Assembly: GCA_007128625.1 (NCBI GenBank) | Contig: SKXC01000080.1 | Span: 1 to 38,593 of the forward strand | Length of the DNA: 38,593 nt | Source: Syntrophomonadaceae bacterium | GTDB lineage: Bacteria > Bacillota > Dethiobacteria > DTU022 | Direction of reading: 5' to 3' | In this document: positions 17,253-26,085 of the stretch, piece after piece | Numbering within the stretch: position 1 is the stretch's first letter | How the letters are laid out: each line of letters opens with the position of its first letter | The notes under the pieces: model-generated | Seen by the model: only the letters and a program-made list of their open reading frames with translations | Database searches by the model: none | Told to the model about the DNA's origin: nothing | Made by a program: the position numbers and the translations under genes

Positions 17253-17906
17253 ATGAGCTATAAAGCGATTATCTTTGATCTCGATGGAACCCTGCTGGAT
17301 ACCTTGCAGGATCTGGCCAATTCGGTTAACACTATCCTTAGTCAGAAAGGTTTCAAGGAGCATCCGGTTGATAATTTCAGGTTTTTCGTCGGAGAAGGGA
17401 TCGAAGTGCTTGTAAAAAAAGCTTTACCCGCAGACAAGGCTGAAGGCAAATATATAACAGGTATTGTAAATGAAGTAAAAGAAGAATATAGCAGACGGTG
17501 GTCTGAGCATACCAGGCCTTACCCGGGTGTGCCTGAAATGCTCGATTTTTTGCAAGAAAGAAATATCCCCAAGGCGATCTTTTCAAATAAACCTCATGAG
17601 TTTACTACCGCAACCGTAGAAGCGTTATTACCCGGTTGGGATTTTACTGATGTATGCGGGATAAAAACAGGTGTTTCTCCAAAGCCTGATCCACAGGGAG
17701 CCCTGTTTATTGCTGAAAAAATGCAGATTAAACCAGAAAAGATTATTTATTTAGGAGACACCAGGACTGATATGCAAACCGCTGTGGCCGGAAATTTTTT
17801 TCCGGTAGGCGCCCTGTGGGGTTTTCGCCCGGCAGAAGAACTGCTGGACAGTGGGGCCAGGATACTGGCAAAATCACCGCAGGATGTTATAGATCTTTTT
17901 CATTAA
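17253..17906 (+). CDS. HAD-IA family hydrolase, phosphoglycolate phosphatase (Gph)-like
   Basis: 217 aa with HAD motif I (IIFDLDGTLLDT), motif II (IFSNKP) and motif IV (YLGDTRTDMQTA). RBS is GAGGAG. Confidence 0.75.
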   Translation: MSYKAIIFDLDGTLLDTLQDLANSVNTILSQKGFKEHPVDNFRFFVGEGIEVLVKKALPADKAEGKYITGIVNEVKEEYSRRWSEHTRPYPGVPEMLDFLQERNIPKAIFSNKPHEFTTATVEALLPGWDFTDVCGIKTGVSPKPDPQGALFIAEKMQIKPEKIIYLGDTRTDMQTAVAGNFFPVGALWGFRPAEELLDSGARILAKSPQDVIDLFH

Positions 17907-18032
17907 CAGTGCTCATGGACATGGAGCTGCCTTTTCACGAGGCTCAATTTATTAATAGTCAGATCAGGTAATTAATTCAAACGGGAGGAAAGTATTGAAT
18001 TATTTTTTTCATGTTTCAAATTGGAGGGTGTC

Positions 18033-18752
18033 ATGGCTGTAAATGCAGCATATGTTGTAGATTTTGACGGCACAATTACATCCGGTGACCTTTCTTCTGA
18101 ATTGGCCTCTTATTTTGGCGGCAATATTTATCTGGAAATTGAAAATAAATACAGACGCAGGGAAATGTCTATACGTGATTGGCTGCACCAAATAGGGCAG
18201 CTTCTTCCCCCTGATTTGAATTTACTGCTGGAGAAATCGTTGGAATGGGTAGTTATTCGGCCCGGATTCCAAAGCTTTCTTGATCACGCCCAGAATCAAA
18301 ATAGCCCGGTTATAGTTGCCAGTGATGGTTTTGGGTTTTATATTGAACCGGTTTTAAAAAAATATGGATTTCTTGATCAAATCAACTGCATTTACCGCAA
18401 TGAAACTACCGTCAGTAAAAGTGGAAAGCTTGAGGTGACCTGCCCGCATAAACACAGGGTATGTACAGTTTGCGGTAATTGTAAAGCAGCCCATGTGATC
18501 GAAATAAAAAAAGGGGGCAAGCCGGTTATTTACATTGGGGATGGGAGCAATGATCGTTTTGGTGCTTCATGGAGTGATCATATTTGCGCCCGTGATAAAT
18601 TAGCCGAAAGATGCCGGGAATTTAATTTTGACTACTCGCCATGGTATGATTTTTACGATATTATTAAAATTGAGAAACCTGAATTAAAGGATTGCTCAGA
18701 AAGTTCTCTTTGCTGTCCACAGGGAAGCGGTATAAAAAGTTTAGCTTTGTGA
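18033..18752 (+). CDS. HAD-IB family phosphatase, MtnX-like
   Basis: Contains VVDFDGTIT, a Cys cluster (CPHKHRVCTVCGNCKAAH) and IYIGDGSND, with ...CARDKL...Y..FYDI as in B. subtilis MtnX. The track start TTG 18021 overlaps the RBS GGAGGG, so ATG 18033 was chosen. Confidence 0.65.
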   Translation: MAVNAAYVVDFDGTITSGDLSSELASYFGGNIYLEIENKYRRREMSIRDWLHQIGQLLPPDLNLLLEKSLEWVVIRPGFQSFLDHAQNQNSPVIVASDGFGFYIEPVLKKYGFLDQINCIYRNETTVSKSGKLEVTCPHKHRVCTVCGNCKAAHVIEIKKGGKPVIYIGDGSNDRFGASWSDHICARDKLAERCREFNFDYSPWYDFYDIIKIEKPELKDCSESSLCCPQGSGIKSLAL

Positions 18753-18779
18753 TAATATTATAAGGCAGGGGGTTGCTCG

Positions 18780-19529
18780 ATGGAGTATTTGGAAAAGATT
18801 GCTCGTCTGGCTGAACTGATTAAAGAAAATGAACGTTTTTATGTTCTGACCGGGGCCGGTATCAGTACCGCCAGTGGAGTCCCCGATTTTCGTTCACCGG
18901 GAACCGGTTTGTGGGAAAAAGTCGATCCAATTGCCACATCGTCAGTTGATGTTCTACATAATAACCCCCGTTTATTTTATGAAGCGGGCTTCAGTCGTTT
19001 CACCAGGTTATCTTCAGCTGAGCCAAACCAGGGCCATTACATGCTGGTACGGTTGGAAGAGCTTGGTTACCTGAAGGGCCTGGTAACCCAAAATGTCGAT
19101 GGACTGCATGTTAAAGCCGGTTCAAAGAATGTTTGGGAGGTGCACGGGCATCTGCGATCTGGTTACTGCCTTGGCTGTAAAATGAAATATCCTTTTGAGG
19201 AGCTGGTCCATCAGGTTGATTTAAAGCACATTCCCCCTGTTTGCCATAACTGTCACAGCACCCTCAGGCCGGATGTGGTTTTATTTGGAGATCCGATGCC
19301 GGATTTTTTTCTGGATCTCTACCAGGAGATTCAGCGGGATTGTGATTTTATGCTGGTTGTGGGCAGCAGCCTTGTCGTATATCCGGTTGCTGACCTGCCT
19401 CGCCTGGCAGGTAAAATGGCGATCATTAATAACCAGCCGACTGATTATGACCAGAGGTCGGAAGTGGCTATCAGTGAGGATATCAGCAAAGTTTTAAACG
19501 ATCTGGTCAAAGAGCTTGAGAGTAATTGA
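18780..19529 (+). CDS. NAD-dependent protein deacylase, Sir2 family (CobB/SrtN-like)
   Basis: 249 aa with GAGISTASGVPDFRS, QNVDGLH, the catalytic-His motif WEVHGHL and a Zn ribbon (CLGC...CHNC). Confidence 0.88.
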   Translation: MEYLEKIARLAELIKENERFYVLTGAGISTASGVPDFRSPGTGLWEKVDPIATSSVDVLHNNPRLFYEAGFSRFTRLSSAEPNQGHYMLVRLEELGYLKGLVTQNVDGLHVKAGSKNVWEVHGHLRSGYCLGCKMKYPFEELVHQVDLKHIPPVCHNCHSTLRPDVVLFGDPMPDFFLDLYQEIQRDCDFMLVVGSSLVVYPVADLPRLAGKMAIINNQPTDYDQRSEVAISEDISKVLNDLVKELESN

Positions 19530-19590
19530 GAGAGGTATTACTAATTAAGTAAGTCAATATTTACCAATATATCAACAGGGAGGATTTTCC

Positions 19591-20757
19591 ATGCATTTAA
19601 AAAAGCCTCAGGAAGTGTTATTGTTAGGGCCGGGCCCCAGCCCTGTACACCCACGAGTACTGGAAGCTATGGGTCAGCACACCCTTGGACACCTGGATCC
19701 CGATTTTTTTCAAATAATGGATCAAACTAATAATTTATTAAGGCTTGTATTTGAAACAAAAAACCGGATAACTTTTCCGGTTTCAGCTACAGGCAGTGCC
19801 GGAATGGAAGCGGCCCTGGTCAATATCCTGGAACCGGGAGATAAAGCTGTAATCGGGGTAAACGGAGTTTTTGGACAGCGTATGGTTGATGTGGCCTCAC
19901 GCTGCGGGGCTGAGGTTATCGAAGTAGATGCTGAATGGGGCCGGCCCATAGATCCGGAACTGCTTGAAAAAACCCTTTCTGCACAATCCAAAGTGAAGCT
20001 GGTCGGTGTTGTTCATGCCGAAACCTCCACCGGTGTGCAGCAGCCCCTGGAACCGGTGGTCGACGTAGTTCGTAAATTTGATGCCTTGCTTTTAGTCGAT
20101 GCGGTGACTTCACTGGGAGGACTGCCGGTTGCGGTTGATCGCCGCGATCTCGATATTGTCTACAGCGGGAATCAAAAATGCCTGGGTGCTCCTCCCGGAC
20201 TGGCTCCGATTACCTTCGGGGAAAGGGCACTTGAAAAATTTCAGGAAAGAAAGAGCAAGGTGCAGAGCTGGTACCTTGACCTTTCCTTCTTAACCCGTTA
20301 CTGGGGAGAAGAACGGTTTTACCACCACACGGCCCCTATAAATATGATTTATGCACTGTTTGAGGCCCTGTCAATGATTAAAGAAGAAGGTCTGGAAGAC
20401 AGGTTTGCCCGGCATAGCTTGCACAGTAAAGCCCTGATAGCGGGCTTAAAGGCACTTGGTGTAAACACGGTTGTTTCCGAACAGCACCGTCTGCCCAGTT
20501 TAAACGCAGTCTGGATTCCCGAAGGTATCGATGATGCGCAATTACGTTCCAGTTTGCGCCGGGATCATTTAATTGAAATCGGCGGCGGTTTAGGTCCCTT
20601 TAAGGGTAAAGTCTGGCGTATCGGCCTGATGGGTAATGGTTCAAGACGTGAAAATGTAGAACGCTTATTAAAAGCATTGAGCGAGATTTTGAACAACCTG
20701 GGACATAAATGTTCCGGCGAAGAAGCACTCTCGGAAGCAGGGAAAATATACCAGTAA
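19591..20757 (+). CDS. Class V aminotransferase: alanine-glyoxylate / serine-pyruvate aminotransferase family
   Basis: 388 aa with the PLP-lysine region YSGNQKCLGAPPG. Overall AGXT-like layout. RBS is GGGAGG. Confidence 0.85.
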   Translation: MHLKKPQEVLLLGPGPSPVHPRVLEAMGQHTLGHLDPDFFQIMDQTNNLLRLVFETKNRITFPVSATGSAGMEAALVNILEPGDKAVIGVNGVFGQRMVDVASRCGAEVIEVDAEWGRPIDPELLEKTLSAQSKVKLVGVVHAETSTGVQQPLEPVVDVVRKFDALLLVDAVTSLGGLPVAVDRRDLDIVYSGNQKCLGAPPGLAPITFGERALEKFQERKSKVQSWYLDLSFLTRYWGEERFYHHTAPINMIYALFEALSMIKEEGLEDRFARHSLHSKALIAGLKALGVNTVVSEQHRLPSLNAVWIPEGIDDAQLRSSLRRDHLIEIGGGLGPFKGKVWRIGLMGNGSRRENVERLLKALSEILNNLGHKCSGEEALSEAGKIYQ

Positions 20758-20854
20758 ACTTTTAAATTATTTTTCCTAATTTTAATTATATGATTTGATT
20801 AAACGGGTTTAACCAAACTGGTCTCATCCTTAATCAACCGCTATCAAATACTTG

Positions 20855-21169
20855 TTACTGTTTCCAGGAACAGTCTGAATCATATCCTTTCACAGCTGTT
20901 CTTTTAAAAAGGGTGCCTTTCAGGTATAAGGTAATGTGATCTGTTTTTTTCTCCAGAATTTTTGCGATATATACTCTTAAGCTATCTGTATTAAAAAGTA
21001 AATATTTGCCCTGATTGTCTTTTGGCTTTTTATAATCAATAACTGTCTCAATAAATGAGCATCCTCCACAGCAGCCGCCTCCGCGGCTGACTATTACATC
21101 TATAGTTATAGTATCCTTGTTTTTTGATATAAGCCATTTTTTCAGAACAGGTTCAACGGTTAAGTCCAA
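20855..21169 (-). CDS. Small Cys-motif protein (GGGCCGGCS); IscA/HesB-like layout, possibly the 'CC/Se motif' (seleno)protein family
   Basis: The track ORF starts at ATG 21190, but GAAGGAGG lies inside it 7 nt before TTG 21169, giving 104 aa (MDLTVEPVLKKWL...). ITIDVIVSRGGGCCGGCSF resembles the IscA GGGCSG strand. The family name is from memory only. Confidence 0.45.
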   Translation of the reverse strand: MDLTVEPVLKKWLISKNKDTITIDVIVSRGGGCCGGCSFIETVIDYKKPKDNQGKYLLFNTDSLRVYIAKILEKKTDHITLYLKGTLFKRTAVKGYDSDCSWKQ

Positions 21170-21269
21170 GCTTAAGCCTCCTTCCATCATAAATCAACTG
21201 ATATTATATATTAAGACTGATTCAATCCTTAAACCGGCATAAAAACTCTGGCAGCAGATACTGTTTATG

Positions 21270-21297
21270 AAAAGTGATCCTCCCCCTGTCAATAAAA
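21270..21297 (-). terminator. Hairpin terminator downstream of cstA
   Basis: Perfect 10-bp inverted repeat CTCCCCCTGT / ACAGGGGGAG with an 8-nt loop, starting 25 nt past the cstA stop. The U-tract on the minus strand is weak (CACTTTT). Confidence 0.55.
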
Positions 21298-21321
21298 CAG
21301 GGGGAGATTTTAACACTGTCA

Positions 21322-22971
21322 TCAAGCGGTTTCTTTGTACGGCACCTGTCCTTTTTCATTCCAGGTGGTAAGAGCAATTATTACGACACCAATACCACAT
21401 AGAAAAACTATACTGCCGATAATAACAAGAGCCCACAGTTCATTGGGAATGTAATTGGTAAAGATCTGGTGAACCATGGCCACCATTGAGGTTACAATCA
21501 TAATTACAAACGGTATCATATAGTAAATAGTTGGTCTCTGCATCATCTTCAAGAACACTGCTGCAGCCAGCAGGGCAATCCCGGCCAGAATCTGGTTGGC
21601 AGCGCCAAAAAGCGGCCACAGAACCATGCCGTATCCAGACAAAGCCAGGTAAATGATTACTGCCCAACCAGGAAGAAGAGAAACTGTCTTATCCCTGAGG
21701 AGTTGGGGCATGTTAAAGGTTACGGTACTTTCAGCAAAAGCGATCCGGGTAAAACGCATCGCCGAATCGAGGGTGGTCATAGCAAAGCTTTTGGCAACGA
21801 TGGCAAAGAACGTAGCCCCTATTATGGCAGGAATTCCCAGTGGAATCAGGAAAGTGCTTCCCCCGGTTGCAAAAATTGCCGGCCAGGCTGCCATACCCCA
21901 GGCAGCGTATGATTCAGTGTAACCTACTACTCCAAGTCCGACTACTGCAGTTAGCAGGGCGATTACAGCCAGGTAACCTTCGCCCAGCATAGAACCATAG
22001 CCAACAGGTTTAACGTCACGCTCGTTTTTCAGCTGTTTTGGTGTAGTTCCACTCCCGACAATAGAATGCCAGCCTGATATAGCACCACAGGCAATAGTTA
22101 TCATAACGAAAGGCCAAATTGGCGGTGCTCCTTCCGGAGCAAGACGAACGGCAGGAGCAGCCAGCTCGCCTGCACCAGTAGCAGCCAGCGCGACTACCCC
22201 GATTGTTGCAGCCAACAGGGCTATGATAAGCTGAATACCGTTAATAAAATCACGTGGTTGCACCAGCAGCCAAACCGGTAGCCTGGCCGCAATAATCATA
22301 TAGCCGAGCAGAATAAATACCCAGGTTCGATAAGATAGTTCCAGGGGATATCTGACCCCTAAAGCAATAAATGCGTACATAATGACAACGGCTATAAGTC
22401 CGGCCAGGTAAATATTAATTTTCCATTTCTTGCGGATTGCCAAACCGATTATAATAGCCAGGGGTATTTCAATCCACACCGAGTAAACTGCTGCCGGAAA
22501 AGCTGAAGCCAGGACAGCAATAACGTGGACAAAAACTGCAGAAACTAGCACAAGCAGGAAAAATACAACTACATACATCAGCTGCATGGCTCGTTTTCCC
22601 AGTATATCTTTAAGAAAATCAGCTATACCGCGTCCTTGATGCCTCATGGAGGCAGCAAGTGCTCCGAAGTCATGGACAGCCCCGATGAAGATTGTCCCAA
22701 AAACAATCCAGAGCAAAGCAGGCAGCCAACCCCAAATAGCAGCAACAATAGGCCCGACAATGGGTGCTGCACCGGCAATTGAAGTAAAATGATGTCCCAG
22801 TACTATTGGTTTATCGGTAGGAACAAATTCAAAATCATCCTGATATTTATAAGCAGGAGTTTCGCGGTTGGGGTCTAATTTCCATATTTTATCAGACAGG
22901 AAAGTTGCGTAAAAACGATAGGACAGGAAATATAGAACCAGGGCAACTATAACAAAAAGAAGAGCATGCAT
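21322..22971 (-). CDS. cstA: Carbon starvation protein A family transporter (peptide/pyruvate uptake)
   Basis: 549 aa and polytopic. The N-terminal region YRFYATFLSDKIW...VLGHHFTSIAGAAPIVGPI is diagnostic of CstA. Confidence 0.9.
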   Translation of the reverse strand: MHALLFVIVALVLYFLSYRFYATFLSDKIWKLDPNRETPAYKYQDDFEFVPTDKPIVLGHHFTSIAGAAPIVGPIVAAIWGWLPALLWIVFGTIFIGAVHDFGALAASMRHQGRGIADFLKDILGKRAMQLMYVVVFFLLVLVSAVFVHVIAVLASAFPAAVYSVWIEIPLAIIIGLAIRKKWKINIYLAGLIAVVIMYAFIALGVRYPLELSYRTWVFILLGYMIIAARLPVWLLVQPRDFINGIQLIIALLAATIGVVALAATGAGELAAPAVRLAPEGAPPIWPFVMITIACGAISGWHSIVGSGTTPKQLKNERDVKPVGYGSMLGEGYLAVIALLTAVVGLGVVGYTESYAAWGMAAWPAIFATGGSTFLIPLGIPAIIGATFFAIVAKSFAMTTLDSAMRFTRIAFAESTVTFNMPQLLRDKTVSLLPGWAVIIYLALSGYGMVLWPLFGAANQILAGIALLAAAVFLKMMQRPTIYYMIPFVIMIVTSMVAMVHQIFTNYIPNELWALVIIGSIVFLCGIGVVIIALTTWNEKGQVPYKETA

Positions 22972-23723
22972 CTATATCACCACCGTGTTTAGTATTAAAT
23001 ATAAATCAACTTGATTGCTTCTAAACCATTGAATTAGTTGCAGAATCTTTCATGTTAAAAGTGGAAAATATTCTTAGTTAATAATGCAGGCACTTCTGCT
23101 GCTGATAAAGTTTAAATATGTAATAAAAATCAAGTATGAATAATCAATAATTGTTAATGCTTTTCTCAGCTTGCTTGCTGATTAATACCTGTTTATTCAT
23201 TATTCTTCATAACACCCCCTTGTAAAAAGCTAACCCTTACTTATGTGGACAAATAGTTTCCCTAACTATACACCTCCTTTATGTTTTGCTATTATTTCTA
23301 TTCTACGTACTTTTTAAATTTCCTTCAGACAATTAAAAATATTGACATCAGGAGAATCCAGGTTGATCATAATAGCTGCTTTTTAATCTACCGGTTGATG
23401 AAAACCCAACCCGGGCATAAAACAAATCAGATTTTGGCAGGAATTCTGGGTAAACAGGTGAAACTTTATATTTAATTGATGCAGTTAACGGTAGGTTATC
23501 TCTTTTTAACCGGCTGTTTTGGCCTGGCTGCTATTGACAAAAATAATAACCGCTATAAAATGTGTGGTGGTCTTGGATATTGGCCTTTATGGAGCAAGAC
23601 CTGCTATATTTCTCTTGATGGGTCTTAAATGGTCATACAAGCAGTGTTTAAATACCCGATCTTATCTTTGATAAAAAAAATAAAGGGCATGGTTGTTATT
23701 TTGCCGGGATAAGAGGTGTCTGT

Positions 23724-24125
23724 GTGCCCCTGCAGTATATTACAAACCCTGAACTTAAAATTGAAGATGTCGCAGCATTAAGAAATGCAGTTGGTTGGGA
23801 AACCAGGGCAGAAAAACTAAAAAAAATTATTGGATTTACATATATGACAGTGGCTTGCTTTGATGGCGATCATCTGATAGGATTTGTAGATGTGATCAGT
23901 GATGGTGTTGACGATGCCTTGGTGCGGAATTTAATTGTTCATCCGTCCTATCAGAGAAGAGGTATTGCCCTGGTTCTGCTAAAAAGAGTAATTGAAAAAA
24001 TTAAAGCAGACCAGGTTAAAACTATAAATGTCTTGTTTGAACCTGAATTGATTGAGCTTTACCATAAGGCCGGGTTTTCGATTATTCAAGGTGGTATAAT
24101 TGACAATGAAGCAGAGGAGTTTTGA
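23724..24125 (+). CDS. GNAT family N-acetyltransferase
   Basis: 133 aa with the acetyl-CoA motif YQRRGIALVLL. GTG start with AAGAGG upstream. Confidence 0.75.
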   Translation: MPLQYITNPELKIEDVAALRNAVGWETRAEKLKKIIGFTYMTVACFDGDHLIGFVDVISDGVDDALVRNLIVHPSYQRRGIALVLLKRVIEKIKADQVKTINVLFEPELIELYHKAGFSIIQGGIIDNEAEEF

Positions 24126-24131
24126 CAGCAA

Positions 24132-24569
24132 ATGAAAGTCGCTTTTTTTTTGATTCCGAAGAATGAGGTTGTATTTTTGACCCCTGAAACATCAATGCGT
24201 CAGGCCCTGGAAAGAATGGAAAGGCACAGTTATTCAGCAGTGCCCCTGGTAGATGACCAGGGTTACTTTGCCGGTATAATTACCGAAGGTGATTTGCTCT
24301 GGAAGTTAAAAAATACCAAAGATCTTAATATTAATGGTATGGAAAAAATTATGCTTAAGGATATTGCATTCCAGTCTAAAAAAAAGCCGGTGCGCATTGA
24401 TTCCAGGATCGTTGACTTGTTAACTGCTGCCAGTGAACAGAACTTTGTTCCGGTTGTAGATGACCAGGGAGTTTTTATCGGGATAGTCAGACGCAGAGAA
24501 ATTATCGAATATTGCGCCGAGTTGATCAAGGAAAAAGAAGGAAGCAGTTTTCAAGCTGAGGGGAGATAA
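24132..24569 (+). CDS. CBS domain pair protein
   Basis: 145 aa with two CBS-like repeats (SAVPLVDDQGYFAGIITEGDLL and NFVPVVDDQGVFIGIVRRREI). Confidence 0.8.
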   Translation: MKVAFFLIPKNEVVFLTPETSMRQALERMERHSYSAVPLVDDQGYFAGIITEGDLLWKLKNTKDLNINGMEKIMLKDIAFQSKKKPVRIDSRIVDLLTAASEQNFVPVVDDQGVFIGIVRRREIIEYCAELIKEKEGSSFQAEGR

Positions 24570-24666
24570 GCCAAGTAACGACAATATCCGCTGGAATCAA
24601 ACGCATCTATCCTGCCGGTGAAGGCATAATATAATTGCCGTCATACGAAGAAAGAAGGCTCACAAG

Positions 24667-25335
24667 ATGCACCGAAAAAGAGCCGTTATTATTGCCAACG
24701 GTGATTTGGAAGCCCTGGATTTTTACCGCAACTTGCTTAAAGATGATGATTTGATTATTTGTGTCAACGGTGGCTCGGGGCATGCCCTGGTTCTGGGCTT
24801 AAAACCAGACCTGGTTATTGGTGATCTTGATTCTCTGAAGACCGATGATCGGCACAAAATAGAGCAGCTTAACCCTATTATAATCAAACATCCTTCCGTT
24901 AAGGACAAATCAGATCTGGAACTGGCCATTGACAGGGCTGTGGAAATGCAGCCCGACCAGATACTGATCATAGGCGCCCTGGGAGGGGCCAGGGTCGACC
25001 ATACATTTATTAATTTGCTGCTGCTTCAAATTCCTCTTCAACATAATATCCCTGCCCGAATTATTGATCAGAGCCAGGAAATTTTTTTGGTAAAAGACGA
25101 AGCTTTCATCGACGGAAATGTCGGTGATTACCTTTCGCTTTTTTCTTTAACAGCAGAAACAAGCGGTATTTTTACCGAGGGAGGACTAAAATATCCCCTG
25201 CAAGGAGAAAGCCTTTACTTTGCTTCCACACTTGGTTTAAGCAACGAACTGACAGACAACCAGGTAAAAATTATCATAAAATCAGGGCTTTTGCTGGTGA
25301 TCAAAACCCGTAGAATCGGGGAATTTGATGTTTAG
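24667..25335 (+). CDS. thiN: Thiamine diphosphokinase
   Basis: 222 aa with AVIIANGDL, VNGG and GDLDS, plus a C-terminal thiamine-binding beta domain layout. Confidence 0.8.
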   Translation: MHRKRAVIIANGDLEALDFYRNLLKDDDLIICVNGGSGHALVLGLKPDLVIGDLDSLKTDDRHKIEQLNPIIIKHPSVKDKSDLELAIDRAVEMQPDQILIIGALGGARVDHTFINLLLLQIPLQHNIPARIIDQSQEIFLVKDEAFIDGNVGDYLSLFSLTAETSGIFTEGGLKYPLQGESLYFASTLGLSNELTDNQVKIIIKSGLLLVIKTRRIGEFDV

Positions 25336-26085
25336 AGCATCAATTAGCAGCTGTTTATAAGAACTGAAAAGTGAAGTTGTCAACACAGTTTTTGAACGGG
25401 GCCTTTTCAGTTCGATTTTTTGCTCGATGGCAATTTTACCTGGACGTTCGGTGATCACATAAACTCGGTCGGAAAGATATATTGCTTCGTCAATACTGTG
25501 GGTAACAAATAGAACAGAGCGCTTGAAGCGTTCCCAGATTTCAAGCAGCCAGTCCTGCAGAATTTCCCGGGTCAGGGCGTCGAGAGCGCCAAATGGTTCA
25601 TCAAGCAGCATTAAATCGCTTTCAATCAGCATTGTACGCAGCAGGGCAGCCCTCTGACGCATCCCACCGGAGAGCTGGTGGGGATAATAATTAGCAAAAC
25701 CTTCCAGTCCAAATGCGGGCAGTAGTTCTTCCACCCGGGCAAAGGCTTTGTTTTTTGTCCACTTCCTGGCTAAAAGAGGCAAAGCGGCGTTTTGCTTCAG
25801 AGTTTTCCACGGGAAGAGCAAATCCTGCTGGGGCATATAGCCGACCATTTGGGGCTTACCGTTGACATGACGGTTGTCAATAAGAACCCGTCCCCGGTCC
25901 GGTTTAAGCAGCCCGGCAGCAATTTTTAGAATTGTGCTTTTACCCGAGCCGCTCGGACCGAGGACTGAAACAAATTCTCCGCTTTTTACATACAGCGAAA
26001 CATTATTAAGGACAGGAAGCAGTTCTTCCCCGGAGTAGTAGGTTGCATCAATATTTTCCAAATTTAGTTTGATGGTATTCTTCAT
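25282..26085 (-). CDS. ABC transporter ATP-binding protein (NitT/TauT family, ThiZ-like)
   Basis: Walker A (GPSGSGKST), signature (LSGGMRQR) and Walker B (LMLLDEPF). ATGA overlap with the upstream binding-protein gene. The 3' end overlaps thiN by 54 nt, convergently. Confidence 0.88.
   Translation of the reverse strand: MKNTIKLNLENIDATYYSGEELLPVLNNVSLYVKSGEFVSVLGPSGSGKSTILKIAAGLLKPDRGRVLIDNRHVNGKPQMVGYMPQQDLLFPWKTLKQNAALPLLARKWTKNKAFARVEELLPAFGLEGFANYYPHQLSGGMRQRAALLRTMLIESDLMLLDEPFGALDALTREILQDWLLEIWERFKRSVLFVTHSIDEAIYLSDRVYVITERPGKIAIEQKIELKRPRSKTVLTTSLFSSYKQLLIDALNIKFPDSTGFDHQQKP

Noticed and set aside
18780-19529. The Sir2-domain gene as an anti-phage defence module (Thoeris/DSR/SIR2-HerA type).
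   Set aside because: It is a compact 249-aa classical sirtuin with an intact Zn ribbon and deacylase motifs. It has no SLOG, TIR, HerA, pAgo or transmembrane partner, and its neighbours are metabolic genes.
23281-23475. A 64-aa ORF in the large cstA/GNAT intergenic gap.
   Set aside because: There is no SD upstream; the CCTCC there is the complement of a minus-strand SD. The translation is Phe/Tyr/Ile-rich as expected from AT-rich non-coding DNA, and no motif is recognisable.
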